A DNA stretch of 64,000 nt from Lama guanicoe (taxonomy: Eukaryota). This document shows, piece after piece, positions 1 through 12,605 of this stretch. Position 1 is the stretch's first letter. Every line of letters starts with the position of its first letter. Below the pieces are notes generated by a model. That model saw nothing but the letters and a program-made list of their open reading frames with translations, ran no database searches and was not told where the DNA came from. The translations under genes were made by a program, and so were the position numbers. The DNA is taken from assembly GCA_013239625.1 (NCBI GenBank), contig MU054323.1:15194029-15258028 (forward strand), written 5' to 3'.

Positions 1-489
1 CAGGAAAAATGGACTTAGGCTGGGAACTCACACAAGGGCTGGCTTTTGATTGAGAATTTTCAAGGGAATTTACCTTTACCCAGTGCTAAGGTTCAGGATG
101 GACGGTTTGACCTGCTATTGTTTGGAGCTGAGAGTAGGCACAGAGTTATTTCTATTTCACTTGTTTTCTGAGGTCTGAGGATATAGCTCTTTACACAGGG
201 CTCTTCCTTATACAGATATCTCCTCATCTTCTCGTGAACTTCTCATTTCTCAGCTCTCTGGAGGCCTTGAAAAAAAAACAAAGCTCAAGTGCCTGGATTC
301 AGCAAGTGCCCTTAGAGCTTCAGTTTTCCAGTTTTGTTTCTACGTAACATTCCACAGTGTGAATTTATTTATAAATCCTTTCTCCTGTTGTTGGATACAG
401 GGTTGTTCCCAGGTTTTCTTTTTATTCAGTGTTTAGATCACTCTCCTATGACTTCTGTGCCCAGCACTTGACTGAAACTGGTGACAGTA

Positions 490-745
490 GATCATTAATG
501 ATTTGATGCCCAATCGAATGGACACTTCTCAGTCCTCATCTTACAAGACCGACGACACATTGCCATTCAACTGAATTGGTTTCTCCCTCCTTGAAAAGCT
601 TGCTTTCTTGGTTTCCGGGACAGTCCTATCATGGTGTCTCTCCTGCTTCTCTGATCCCTTCCTTATAGCATCCTTTGTCCTGTCATTGTCTTGCCATAGT
701 TACTAACTGATGTTTCCGATGGCCTGATTCTGGGGACTCTTCCCT
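490..745 (+). mobile_element. L2 LINE fragment (ORF2/RT region), ancient
   Basis: 'aatggacacttctcagtcctcatctta...tccctccttgaaaa...cttggtttccgggaca' resembles the L2 RT-region consensus. Confidence 0.65.
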
Positions 746-759
746 CACTTTAACATGGA

Positions 760-885
760 AAAGCATCACCTGAGGTACTTAATCAAATGCAGATTTTGGA
801 GGGTTTCCAAAGAGATTCTGACTCAGCAGGTATAGGGTAAGACACAAGAGTTTGCATTTTTTAATAAGCATCCATCTTTGAGTGA
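760..885. mobile_element. MER5-like hAT-Charlie non-autonomous DNA transposon fragment
   Basis: 'atcacctgagg...aaatgcagatt...agagattctgactcagcaggt...tttgcattttt aataagc' is typical of the MER5A/B core. Confidence 0.65.
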
Positions 886-1439
886 ATTTAGGAAATTATC
901 AGCATTTAGTCTAAAGTCTCTTCTCCTGCAGAAAATTATTTGCTTTGCTCAATTTGTGGTGTCTTCTAGAGGTTTTATAAGTTAATTTTTTAAAAGAAAC
1001 CACTGGCACTAATAACACTTTTGAAAACCCTGGATTTAGAATTACATTTAAACAGAGCCAAGTAGCTGTCAAGCAGCTGTACAATATTTTCTGTGCTTTG
1101 GGGATGGCCCCTAACAGAAGAGCTAGCTATGTGGCTGATCCACTTGTTACCAGGACTGACAGAGTACCTTTTATAGTCAGGGGTGCTGGTCAGGCTAAGT
1201 AATTCCTTGAAACAAAGGGGACTAGAAAGCTCAAAAACCAGAATCACCACATGTGGAAAACCTGATTGATAGAAGGGCTTTCCCTGGTATCTGTAGGTTT
1301 GGGCTGTAAGAAGTTGCTGTGCAAGATGATGCTAATAGGGAGGTAGGGTTCAGAAAATTAGCACTTTGTAGGTTGCATTAACAAATTTTCTTTACCTTGA
1401 TTGGTATTTTAGATATGGTGGTGTCGCTACGGTATTTTA

Positions 1440-1795
1440 GATATGGTGGTAAGGTGGAGACAGAAAGTCCCCTGATTTCAGATGTATATTTTAAAAGCTC
1501 ACTCTGGCCATGTGTGGTGAATAAAACGAGTGTGGGGTTCAATTTTGCATATTGGTTGAGGGAGACTAGTTAGGAGGTTACTGTTGAAGTCAAGGAGAGA
1601 TAGACTGTTGCTTGAATCAGAGTGGTAGCAATGGAGATGTAATTTGATTCCAAATATCATAATTTATGATCAACTGGGCTTGTAATTGGATTGGACACAG
1701 AAAATGAGAATAAAGAAAGTTCACGGAGCTCCTGGGTTCCTGACTACTACTACTGGATGAGTGGGGTGTTAGTCACTAAGGAACGGAATGATGCC
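1440..1795 (-). mobile_element. L2 LINE fragment, interrupted by a younger L1
   Basis: 'ttttaaaagctcactctggc...gagactagttaggaggttactg...gtggtagcaatggagatg' matches antisense L2. Confidence 0.6.
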
Positions 1796-1812
1796 AAAAG
1801 AAGGCCACTTTT

Positions 1813-2263
1813 AATGAAATAATGTCATTTGCAGCAACATGGATGTACCTGGAGATCGTCAATATTAAGTGAAGTGAGCCAGAAAGAGAAAGGAAAATAC
1901 CGTATGATGTCACTTATATGTGTAATCTAAAAAAAAAAACAAAAAAAAGAACACAAATGAACTCATTTACAAAACAGAAACAGAATCACAGACTTGAACA
2001 CTTGTGACTTATGGTTACACGGGGTAGGGGGATAAATTGGGAGTTTGGATTTGTAGATATGAACCACCATATATAAAATAGGTAAACAAGGCCCTACTGT
2101 ATAGCACAGGGAACTATATTCAATACCTTGTAATAACCTATAATGAAAAAGAATATGAAAAGGAATATATATATATGTGTATAACTGAATCACTATGCTG
2201 CACACCAGAAATTAATTAACACAACATTGTAAATTGACTATATACTTCAAGTGAAAAAACAAA
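1813..2263 (+). mobile_element. 5'-truncated L1 (ORF2 C-terminus, 3'UTR, A-rich tail) with 17-bp TSD
   Basis: 'catttgcagcaacatggatg...taagtgaagtgagccagaaagagaaag' is the L1 ORF2 end. Perfect TSD aaaagaaggccactttt at 1796-1812 and 2264-2280. Confidence 0.95.
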
Positions 2264-3626
2264 AAAAGAAGGCCACTTTTGTTGTCTTTAGATCTGAGAC
2301 AACTAAGATTAGATTTCCAACTAAGGAATGTCTCTTTGTATGTTTCATGTTGATTAATCTCTCTAAGAATCATTGACAGTTTTTCCTGCATGGATAAAAA
2401 CACGGTACTGGCAGTTTCTGTCTCCTGAAAAGAGAGTGCTTTGGCTCTTTCTCAGGTTCCAAGTCCAAACATCCAAGGGACTGCACTCACTGGCCCAGCT
2501 TGCTCAGGTGACTGTCCTCGGGCCAACCCACATGGCCAAGTAAGGGCATGGCAGCTCCGGTGAGGACCATATGAATGGAACGCAGTGAGAGAAATTAGAG
2601 GACTGTGGGCATATTCTATAGCAGGTGTCCGTGATATGCTTCTTGGAAAAGCAAAAAAAAAAAAAAAAACAAAAACCAATTCACTCTCCACAGGCTAATG
2701 CTGGTTTGCTAATGTTTGCCTGATGTTGTTTTGAGTGGAACATAAGCACCCATAGTACTTTCCTTAGTACTATAAAGTACCAAGACTTTGCCTTAGTACT
2801 TGTCTTAATGCTATAAAGTACTTATCTTGTGTACTGAAGTCTGGGGTAAGTCATACTTTCTGGGTTATGGCACATAAAACATTTTATTTTCCTACATTAT
2901 AATTTCCCTTCTGTAGATCTCCATCCCTGTTTAAAAAAAAAAAAAACAGTTGGTTATAGTAAATGTGGTATAATGCATTTTACCACACCAAGAAATTGTC
3001 AGTTTGTTCTGTAAGACTATGGATTTTATGTACTTACTACTGTGCATGTAAGGAACCCCTAGGGCTTCAGCCCCTTGTTCGAATAATCTGACCCTCCCTC
3101 ACCTCACCCTCTAAAATCTTACTCACGGCTTCAGGAGATGTTAAATAATTTCTTTGATCCCAAACTTGGTTCACTTGGGTAATCATTCCGTTGTTCCACT
3201 GGGGTTAAATGAGTATAAAGATTATGATGATACTTAAGGAGGAAAATGAAAAGATAAATTGGTTATGACTAAGATGGAAAAAATTGGAGCATAGTTGCTT
3301 GAGTGTAGATGACTTAGGCAAAGGGGAAAAGCCAATTATCCTGTGCTGAAAGATTTTAGGCAATAATTTTGAAAGCTTTTCTATTTGCATAATCATTTTG
3401 CATCAGTATGGGATTGTTTATCTTTCTTTATGGGCTCATACTGATAAATTGTACTTCCTCTAATAGTAGTACAATAAGATATCCTTTCCTTTTCAAGTAA
3501 ACCCACTATTTGATGACTTTTTAAAAGGCAAGAAGTTTAGTTATATCGTTTTGTATTTTGATTTTTAATTATATGTGCTGCCCATGTTTCTGTCGCATTA
3601 TGTTTTCTTTGATAAAATCAAGGTGG

Positions 3627-4090
3627 TGTTGGTGCACAGGAAAACTGAAGTTAAAGTGTGTTGGAGGAGGTCATTGAGAGGACATGACCACCAGTTAATC
3701 TCTGTGCTGGACCTGGGCAACTGAAGGCTCCTCACCTTCTCCCCAGTCCTTAGAAGCTACTTTCTGCCCACCATTCCCACAGTGGGAGTTGTTTTCAAGG
3801 ATGCAGCCTTGAGAGAGTAATGTGTTGTTGAGACCATCTGGACACTGTACGTGACTGAACGCAGTTAAGGCCGCTCTGTAAACTTTTGAGATTCTGGTGG
3901 GTGGGTTCAGGGATCTACTCAGCTTGAGGTCACCCAAGACAATCCTCATATGTACGTTTTCTTGCTTATGAATACCACCAGCCACCAATCTGGAGTGGTT
4001 TGGCTCTTTCTTTCATATCTCCATGTCCTCTACGTATGGAGGCCTGTTTCAGGTTTCACCTGGGAAGCCGCCAAGGTTTGCAAATTAGCA
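3627..4090 (+). mobile_element. Solo LTR, ERV1-class, laurasiatherian type
   Basis: TG...CA termini, about 464 bp. 'gaccatctggac...gtgactgaac...taaacttttgagattctgg...ccaatctggagtgg' resembles remembered ungulate/carnivore ERV1 LTRs. No clean TSD. Confidence 0.6.
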
Positions 4091-4589
4091 AAGAAATAAA
4101 AAAGTCTTGTAGTTTAGAAAAATAGAACAGTAGAAGTCTCACATTTTTATGTGTTTTAAGCCATTTGGGATTTTTTTTTTCTCAATTATAACAACTCCTA
4201 ATTAGACACATCTGATATACTGAAATAACAGCTGAATAACGTAAAAAAAGGAGAACCACTAGCTAGGACTACTTTGCTATTCTCGTTTTATCATGAAGTA
4301 TAATCTGAATCTTTTCAAATGCCAGATTTAAATAAGTCATATTTTATATGATTCTCTCACTCTGTTATTTTTCATTCACAGAAGTTGCAGGGAAATTTTG
4401 AGTCAATATTCTCTTAGATTTTTTTTTTGTTTGAAATTTTCCCTGGAATTAGAAACAATGCTTAGAATTAGGAGAAACTTACAGATTCTCCTATTATGTG
4501 ACTTTCATAGGAACGGAGAAGAGAATGATAATGGTGGGAGGAGAGGAGGTTCAATATGCATCTTTCTGACTGTTGATGTTTTAATTCTA

Positions 4590-4990
4590 CTATTTATTCA
4601 TTTGTTCATTCATCAGCATTTGTTGAATATCCATGATGTCTCTGGGAAGGAGTGGGTAGCAGAGAAATGCAGTCATTGCCCCTGTGGAACTCCCAGTTCG
4701 AATGAACGGAAGATATGCCAGCCAGTCATTACACAGTGGAGTGAGAAATGTGGTGGGGTGGAATGGAACACAGGACAGCAGCACAGAAGCATTCTAGGGG
4801 TTGTGGAGACAAGTCAGTGGAGTCCCTTGAGGGAAGTGTCATTTAGAATTTAACATTAAGGAAGGAATTGCCACCTGAACAGAAGAAAGAAAAAGGATAT
4901 TTCCTTTAGGAAGAATCACATGCACAGGCATGGAAAAGATAAGCTTACCGGGGGAATGTGTGTGGCCTCCCATGGCTAAAACTTTGGTCG
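4590..4990 (-). mobile_element. L2 3' end fragment
   Basis: 'tttattcatttgttcattcatcagcatttgttgaata' is the antisense L2 3' terminus. Confidence 0.6.
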
Positions 4991-6769
4991 CCTGTAAGGG
5001 GTGGCAGGTGAAAACGGAGAGGAATGTGGCAGCCAAATAATATTCCAGAGGTGATGGAAAACAGTCTTTCTGTCCTACCCTTGAAACACCATTATTAACC
5101 TTTTCTTAATTTTGTGAAATTTTTCTCATAGCAGCTGTCTACTCTGGAAGTCACCAGAAGTCGGATTTGTACAGCTTTGAACTCTCCTGATTAACGATCA
5201 GTTCTCCATTTCACTTTCTAAGGTGTACCCTAGGCCTAAGTCCCGTAACTATATCCTTAAGTTGATAAGCCGAATACAATTCCTTTTCTTCAGTCTTAAA
5301 TACCAGTGAGTGCTGTCGTGAATTTATGGACCCCTGTTATTTGTGAAATTACCTCTATTGTTCCAGTCTGACAAATTACTAACAGACACACATCACAAAA
5401 ATGCCAGGCACTTCGGCTCATTTAACTGCTTTCATTGGCATTTTATTCCTCCCCCCACCATGATTACTGTCACTTTTTTTTTAGCTCTGTGTTAAATCAC
5501 CATCTAATTATGCATCATCACAGCAACTCGTAACACTTGAGCGTGTCTCGCTCCTAAATTCTAAAAGCAACTCTGTTGAGTCAGGCTCACAATGAGAGTG
5601 TTGTCACTTCTCTTGACCTTGCTTTACCCTCTGGGAGTTTGGGATTTTTGGGTTCCATGATTATGGTGGGAATCTGTGCAGAGAGTGGTTTGCTTTCGAA
5701 AAGTTCATTGGTCACTTGGGTAAGGTGAGAAATAAGGAACAAAGCAGGAGGTCGTCTCCCAGCTGTTTCATTCCCAACTTCATTCCCAACCTGACTTGTT
5801 TTCCTATTTCTAATGTACCTTTTTAATGAAAAGGCATTGACAGATGTGAAGTTGGAGGTTGAATCTCGAGTTTTTGACTAAATATGATCATTTGGGTCAA
5901 AACACTTAGTATGGCTACAAGTCAATTAATCTGTCATCTGTTAAATTAGCATAATCCTTCTTATCTCCTGGAGATGTTATGGGGATAAAATATCCTAAAG
6001 TATTGCATGGTCTCCACTTGTTTAAGGCAGACTGTTCAACATGACTTTCAGGGAATGTTGCCTTTTCCTTAGGTGTAGCTATGAATAGAATCTGAATCTC
6101 AGAAATTATTCTGTTGTTACTAACTGGGAAATTTCAAGTGGTGGATTTAGGGAGTCCAGCAGAAAGAGAATCAGTTTTGATCCTGTTGAATTCCCATTTG
6201 GAATGTGGAGTCTAGGTTGAGTGGAGCATGAGAATCAGCCATTCTCCTGTGCTCCCCAGTGTATTTCAAGGGCTCGATGAAGTCTATTTTCATTTCTCAT
6301 ATATTTTTATTTTGATGCCTCTATAAGAATACCAAAAAATTTCAATAGGTTCATTTATAATCATAATCTCATCTGGGATCATCACCTGTTCCCATTTATC
6401 AGCATTGCCAAGGAAAAGTGGTACATTTTTATTTTTATTTAATGAAGAACCAGCTGCTTTAACAGATGTTTCATAAATTTAGAAGATGCCCTGCACTTCT
6501 TTATCAGTGAAAGAACACCTAAGTGCTCTCTGCATATGCAACAACTGATATAAGTACTTTGCTTCCTTGGCCATTAAATTTCTTAGAATAAATAAATTAC
6601 AAATTACTCAGATCCCCAAATCAGTAATCAATATACAAAGGCAAATTGCACAGGCCCATAGATCTTCCCCTTTGTGTTTTTTCTTGAAGACCGTTATTCT
6701 AAAAGGTATGGCTGTAATGTGTGGTAATTGGCGTTTCTCCAGGCTGGCTTAATCTACAACTCATCAATG

Positions 6770-6900
6770 TTAAGTATTATAATTTCCATTTAAAGATAAA
6801 GAACTAGAAGTTGAGAGATATCAAGGTCATCCAGCCAGCAATAGCAGAGTCCATATCCAAACTCAAGTCTCTCTGACTTCAAAACACATGTTCTTTTTAT
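6770..6900 (-). mobile_element. MIR SINE
   Basis: 'ccatttaaagataaagaact...caaggtcatccagc...gcagagtcc...tctgacttcaaa' is the antisense MIR core. Confidence 0.7.
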
Positions 6901-7727
6901 CCCTACCTGCCTTAACCAGCCAGGCATCATTCTATGAAACTGTCCTAGTGAATGCATAAGAAATACTGTGTCATAATTCTCTGAAGAGCTATACTGTTTA
7001 AGGGACTCAAGAAAGTCCTGTTTAATAACCTCAGATTATTGACGTTGATTAGGAAGAGAAAGAATTAGGGCTTTTACAGAGACAACAGAAACAAAGAGGA
7101 TTTTATATTGTCATGCATCCTCAGGAAGGTCGTATGCGGTCAGAACTCTAGGCTGCAGGTCAGATCTTCTGGGAAGGAGAAGGAATCTGAGATGTGCAGG
7201 TGGGGGTGATCAGTTAGTATTAGAGGGTTCTGCTGTGCTCTGGAATAAATTATGGACTTGAAAACATCATCCCTGATGTCTATGGAAACTTCCTCTTAGA
7301 GTTCACTATGCTAAAGGTTAGATATTGTTTTTCATGCTCTCATATTCCAAGTTACTCTGCATCTTTGAAGCACTAACTATGCTATGAGTTGGAAAATTAG
7401 AATATAGTTTACAATTTAATTTCAAAAACTTTACCATCATCATTATTCCCAGTCAGCTTAGCACAGACACTTGTTTTATTCAAGCTGTCATGAGTGTTTT
7501 CAAAAAGCACTTTTACTGATGCTTCCCACACTCTACTTCATTTTATTCTCTTCAAATTAATTAGAAGAGAAACAAAACACAATTTCCAATTGTTTCCCTG
7601 GATGAGTATTTTTTTAACTATCAAACCTGAGTTATTTTCCTGGTGTTGCCTTGAAACCAGGTAACCTTGTTTCCGCATTTACTCTTCTCACATATTTAAC
7701 ACTTCTTGCCAGGTATCTACTCACTCA

Positions 7728-7775
7728 ATATCCATCCATCCATCCATCCATCCAATGTGTCCATCCATTCCTCCA
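7728..7775. repeat. (TCCA)n microsatellite, imperfect
   Basis: tccatccatccatccatccatcca read directly. Confidence 0.9.
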
Positions 7776-7974
7776 TTAATCTATCTAGTTACTAATTCAT
7801 TTATTAATTAAGTCAGTTATCTTTCACTTTCTTTTTGGACGTTGTGATTATACTTTATTGAAATATTTTGTAAAACTGACAGTAATTAAAATGACATGTT
7901 TTTATGTGCATGTATTTTATTGTAATAATAAAGAAGATATTATAGAAAATTCATGATATACAGACATGTTTATA

Positions 7975-8235
7975 CCCTGATTATGTGAGTATAAATTGTT
8001 GTACACTTATCAAATGCAATTTGGCAATATGTTTCAAAATTTATAATGTATCTGCTTTTTGACCAAGTGAATTCATTACTAGTAATTCATTCTAGAAACA
8101 TGCTTCCATATATAGAAGACATATGAATAAAGATTAAAATAGAAACATTGTTTAACTATAGATAACCTAAATGTCTACCCATAGAAAGCTGCTAAAAAAT
8201 ATCTACCTATTTTCTTTTGAAATACTATTTTAAAA
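7975..8235 (+). mobile_element. Old L1 (L1ME-like) ORF2 3' fragment
   Basis: 'gtgagtataaattg...gcaatttggcaatat...tttgaccaag...aacctaaatgtc' is a degenerate L1 ORF2 end. Confidence 0.65.
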
Positions 8236-8389
8236 CTCAATTTAAAAATTTCCCAGACTTGCTCCTTCAATATTAGTTTTGCAGGTTAATTAAATTTGAC
8301 AACAAATAATGACTTCTCCTGTTTAATAACTGACTCTCCTCTTTCCAAACAGGGTGCCTTTCTGCTCTATTCTTAAAATGAATTTATAT

Positions 8390-9545
8390 TTTCATTTAAC
8401 AAATATTTGCATTGAGCACTTACCATACAGCAGGCAATGTTTGACATGCTTGCAGATAATATTCCTTCCCTCATGGAGCTTACATTACAGAGAAGGGAGA
8501 CAGAGAATTTACAATAAATATAACAAAAAAATTATATAAAAGTCAATAAGTAGTTTAGAAAAAAGTGAACAAGGTGAAAGATGTTTGAAACACTGGAGTT
8601 GAGGCGTATGCTGCAGTTTTAAATAGAATTGTTAGTATACATTTCATTGAGAAGGTGACATCTGTGGAAAGACTTAAAGGAGAGGGAGTTAGCCAAGAGG
8701 ATATCTGGAGTGTGCAGGGTCAGAGCAACTGGCCTGAGAAATGAGAGAAGAGTAATGGGAGATGAAGTTAGATGAATAATGGAAAGCCAGGTTGTATGGG
8801 GTCTTGCAGAAGGTTTGAATGACTACAGCTTCTGAGTGAGATGGGGAACCATTGGAGATTTTGAGCAGAGGAATGACACGATCTGATTTAGGTGTTAAAT
8901 GGGTGCTGTGTTGACATGAGACTGTAGGAGATCCAGTTAGGAGATGATTGTCACACAGGTCAGATATGTTGGTGGCTTAAATGAGTCATAGTGAACTTGG
9001 TGACAAGCAGATGAGTGGATTTGCCTGAATTTCCCAACAGTAAATGATGGGATTTAAAAGAGAGAAGTCACATCGGTACCTCCTCATCAATTAAAATGAG
9101 GAAGGCTGTGGGTGACCAGGTTGGGAAGGAAGATTAAGTGGTCAGTTTGGGTATCTTAAATATGAGATGTCAGATACCCAGCTGGAGACTTTAGTTAGGT
9201 TGCAAGAAATATACATCTAAAAATCAGAAGACAGGTCAGCTGCAGTTTTAAGTTTGGGAGTCATTGGCATATGATGGGAATTTAAAGCTGTGAGACCCAG
9301 TGAGATCACAAAAGGTGCATAGGTGTCCCAGCATTGTGAGGTTGGGCGGGAGAGGTGGAACCAAAGGAGAACATGAGGAACAGCTAGTGAATTAAGAAGA
9401 AAACAAAGGGAGTGTATGCTGGAAACTTAATGAAGAAAGAGTTTCAAGGAGAAAGGTGTTCAATTCTGCCAAATGCTATTGACAAGTCAAGTAAGCTAAG
9501 GACTGAGGCATGGGTCATAGGGGTCATTGGTAACCTTTAAAAGAG
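8390..9545 (-). mobile_element. L2 LINE, about 1.1-kb 3' fragment
   Basis: 'ttcatttaacaaatatt...tgagcacttac...tggagcttacatt...gagaaggtgacat...ttttgagcagaggaatgacacgatctgattta'. Confidence 0.85.
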
Positions 9546-9769
9546 TAAACACTACAATCGTAATAAAGATTATGAAAGGGTTTTTGTTTTAAAGTTGAAA
9601 CTGAGAAAATCACGGTGAAGATGTATTAAAGAGAGTGTATTAGAAGGATAACTTTAACAAAAGACACTGTAGCCATTTTGAGCCAACAGATGTCCAAAAA
9701 CATTTAAATAATAGTATGAAGCAGAATTATGTAGATTAGATTATGTCACAATTCTTTTTTATTGCTTCC

Positions 9770-11110
9770 AGTTATTTAAATAAAAACAATATGTCCGTGA
9801 TTCAAATTAAACTATGTTTAAAGGTGTACTTTGTGATGTCACTTTACTTCTGTTCCTGTTTAGCCCATTTTTTAACCCTGATATCTTTCAGTATTTCTTA
9901 TTGCAGATATTAGCAAATGCAAATATGTACTTATCTTCCCTAATTCCTTAGTCAAAGGGTAGCACACTGTAAACACTTTTTCATGCTTTCCTTCTTTACT
10001 AAACAATATAACTTAGAGGTCTTTCTACATCAGCATGAAGAGAGCTTCCTCATTATTTATGGTTGGATAGTATTTCATCATAGTTTGTTTAAATGGTTTT
10101 CTTTTGATAGACACTTGGATTTTTTCCTAACTTTCAAAATTAGATAATGCTATGACCTTACACGTTTCACATGTGTTCAAGTGTATCTACAGGATAAGTT
10201 CCCCAAAGTGAGACTGCCTGGTCACATTGTTTGTACATTTTATGGGCACTATCAAATTTCCCTCCCTAGAGGTTGTACTGTTTTGCGTTCCCACTGGCCA
10301 AGATATGTGAGTTCCTGTTACCCTATAGCCTTATCAACAGAATGTGTTGTCGAATTTTTGAATTTTTGCCTACATGGTAGATGAAAAATGGTATTTCTTT
10401 ATGGTAGAGGCTGAGCACATTTGTATATGTTTAAGGATCACTTATGTCTTTTTTCCCTGTAAGGCTTCTGATCATATCTTTACCCATTTTTCTGGGGGTT
10501 TTTTGTTGGGTTTGTTTTTGGTTTTTGTTTTTTTGTTTTGTTTTGTTTTTTGATTTTTGATGCCTTTCTTGTAGATTTTTAGGAACTTTTTATATATTAG
10601 GGAGATGAACTCATGACTGATATGAATTGTAAATACATACTTTTTTGTTATTTATCTTCTAGCTTTGTTTTGTTTTGTCTTTCGCCATGTAGAGGGTTTT
10701 CTTTTAAATGCAGCTATGCATTTGAATTTATAATTTATTTTATAGCTTGTAGATTTTAAGTCAGTTAAAATGTCTTCCCCATTCCAGGATCGTAAAGGGA
10801 TTTGATATGTTTCATTCTGGTACATTTTTGATCCATTGGAGTTTAGCCTGCTATGTGAATGGCCAGATAACCGCCCAGAGGTTCCAACTCCATTTATTAA
10901 AATATCTACCTTTACTTCCATTGATTTGAGATTCAACCTTAATCATACATCAGAATCCTACATGTATTTGGATCTATACTTAGACTTTCTATTCCATTCT
11001 GCTGGTCTGTCTACCTAATCTACTATCCACTGCTCTAATTATTGTGGCTGTAGGCTATGCTTGGATTTAATGAGGGCCATTCTCATTCTCTTCTCTTTCG
11101 AAGTTTTCAT
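9770..11110 (-). mobile_element. Old L1 (L1ME-like) ORF2/3'UTR fragment containing a (GTTTT)n tract
   Basis: 'caaatttccctccctagaggttgtac...ttcccact...gaaaaatggtatttc...gaggctgagca' is antisense L1 ORF2. Confidence 0.75.
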
Positions 11111-12458
11111 GGCTATATGCCATAATTTGAATACTTGTGGAATCATTTGGTATACTTGTATTTATGACCTTCAACAAAATAAGCTTTAAGAATTGTTTGT
11201 AGTTTGTAGTTATTGAAATCCATTTAATGACCATTTATCCCACTGAGCACCTATTATTATTATTATCCTTGAGCACCTGTTATGTGCTTAGCACTTTCTG
11301 CATCCTTGGGAACATCAGTGAGGACAACGGACTGCTGCTGTCTTGTAGCTTTGTAGCTGTATAAATTAGTCCTGGGTCTTCCAAGAAAAACTTCTATTTG
11401 ATTATTTTTCACATCATCTGAGATTGAATTAAAGCAGAATGTCAACTTTACCATCTCAATATTTTATGAAGAAAAAAATCTTCAAAATCTTGAGCAACAA
11501 CATCTATAATAAATCATCTTTGATCTAGCACAGGAAAGAATATAAAGAGTGTGAAGAAAAGAAGAAAGTGCTAGAGAAAAATGAGATACCCAAGACATAT
11601 TTTGTTCTTCCACTTACTTTGGTTGAAATTAAGTGTCTATTTAGTACCATAAATTTGCAGTACTGTGACCACAGAAACGTTTCAGCCATTGACAAGGCTA
11701 AGAAATGATTACTCATGCACTACATCAGGTGTTTAGAATTTGACTCCTGAACTGTTAATAATAAAATTGTAGTAGTAATTTTTTGGTTGAATTCAATATT
11801 TACTCTCAAATCCGGTAACTATGATAGGATATCTGGTATCAGCCTTGGCATCGACTGAATAGTGCTTTTAGCACTTGACTACTTAGTATGGCTTAAAAAT
11901 AGATACTCTGAAATCCTTTACCATCAATTTTTTTTTCCAAAGACAGAAGCCAAAAGATGAGAATAACAGAGGTATAATGCCTGCATGGCAGTGGTGTTTC
12001 AGGCTTATGATAGTCTTTTCCTTAGAAGTGTTCTCAGTTCCAGGTAAATTGTCCAGTGAGTAAAACTTACATGGACGTGACTTACCTGGACTTTGCCCTT
12101 CTGCCACATAAGATATATCCCTTAATCCTTTAGCAACCACCACACACCTAGGAAAAATTATTTTAGGCCTTGGAGTTGCAAAACTAAATTATTCAAGGAC
12201 ATAATTTAAAAAATTCATTTAAATAGTATATGATAAATATTTAAAACTGATAAATAAGCAAAATACTTTTCTATCGGTCTTTATTTATATTGTTGTGCTT
12301 GCCCGGAACCTCCATTTTCATTTGCCTTACCATTCAACTCTCAGTAATTGCCTCTACAAGTCCGTTATTATTATTATGATTTTTTTGGAACTAGCTTCCA
12401 GGGAGTTAGGAACACATCATTAGTTATCCATAGTTTGCCTCATAATGCTTGGATTAAC

Positions 12459-12605
12459 ACAATGGTTCTCAGATTTGGCATCCATTACACTCACCTGAAG
12501 GGACTGTTAAACCACAGATTGGTGGGTTCTACCATCAGATTGCTAAGTCTGTCTGGGATGGGGTCCAAGAATTTACATTTCTGACAAGTTCCCATATGAT
12601 GCTAA
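12459..12605. mobile_element. MER5A-like hAT-Charlie element
   Basis: 'caatggttctcag...tcacctgaagggactgttaaaccacagattg...gggatggggtccaagaatttacatttctgacaagttccca'. Confidence 0.8.

Noticed and set aside
4398..4853. 151-aa ORF (similarly 14497-14928, 32298-32783, 26692-27087, 59855-60235)
   Set aside because: No recognisable homology or coding-like composition. Several have non-ATG starts or overlap repeats, and such ORFs are expected by chance.
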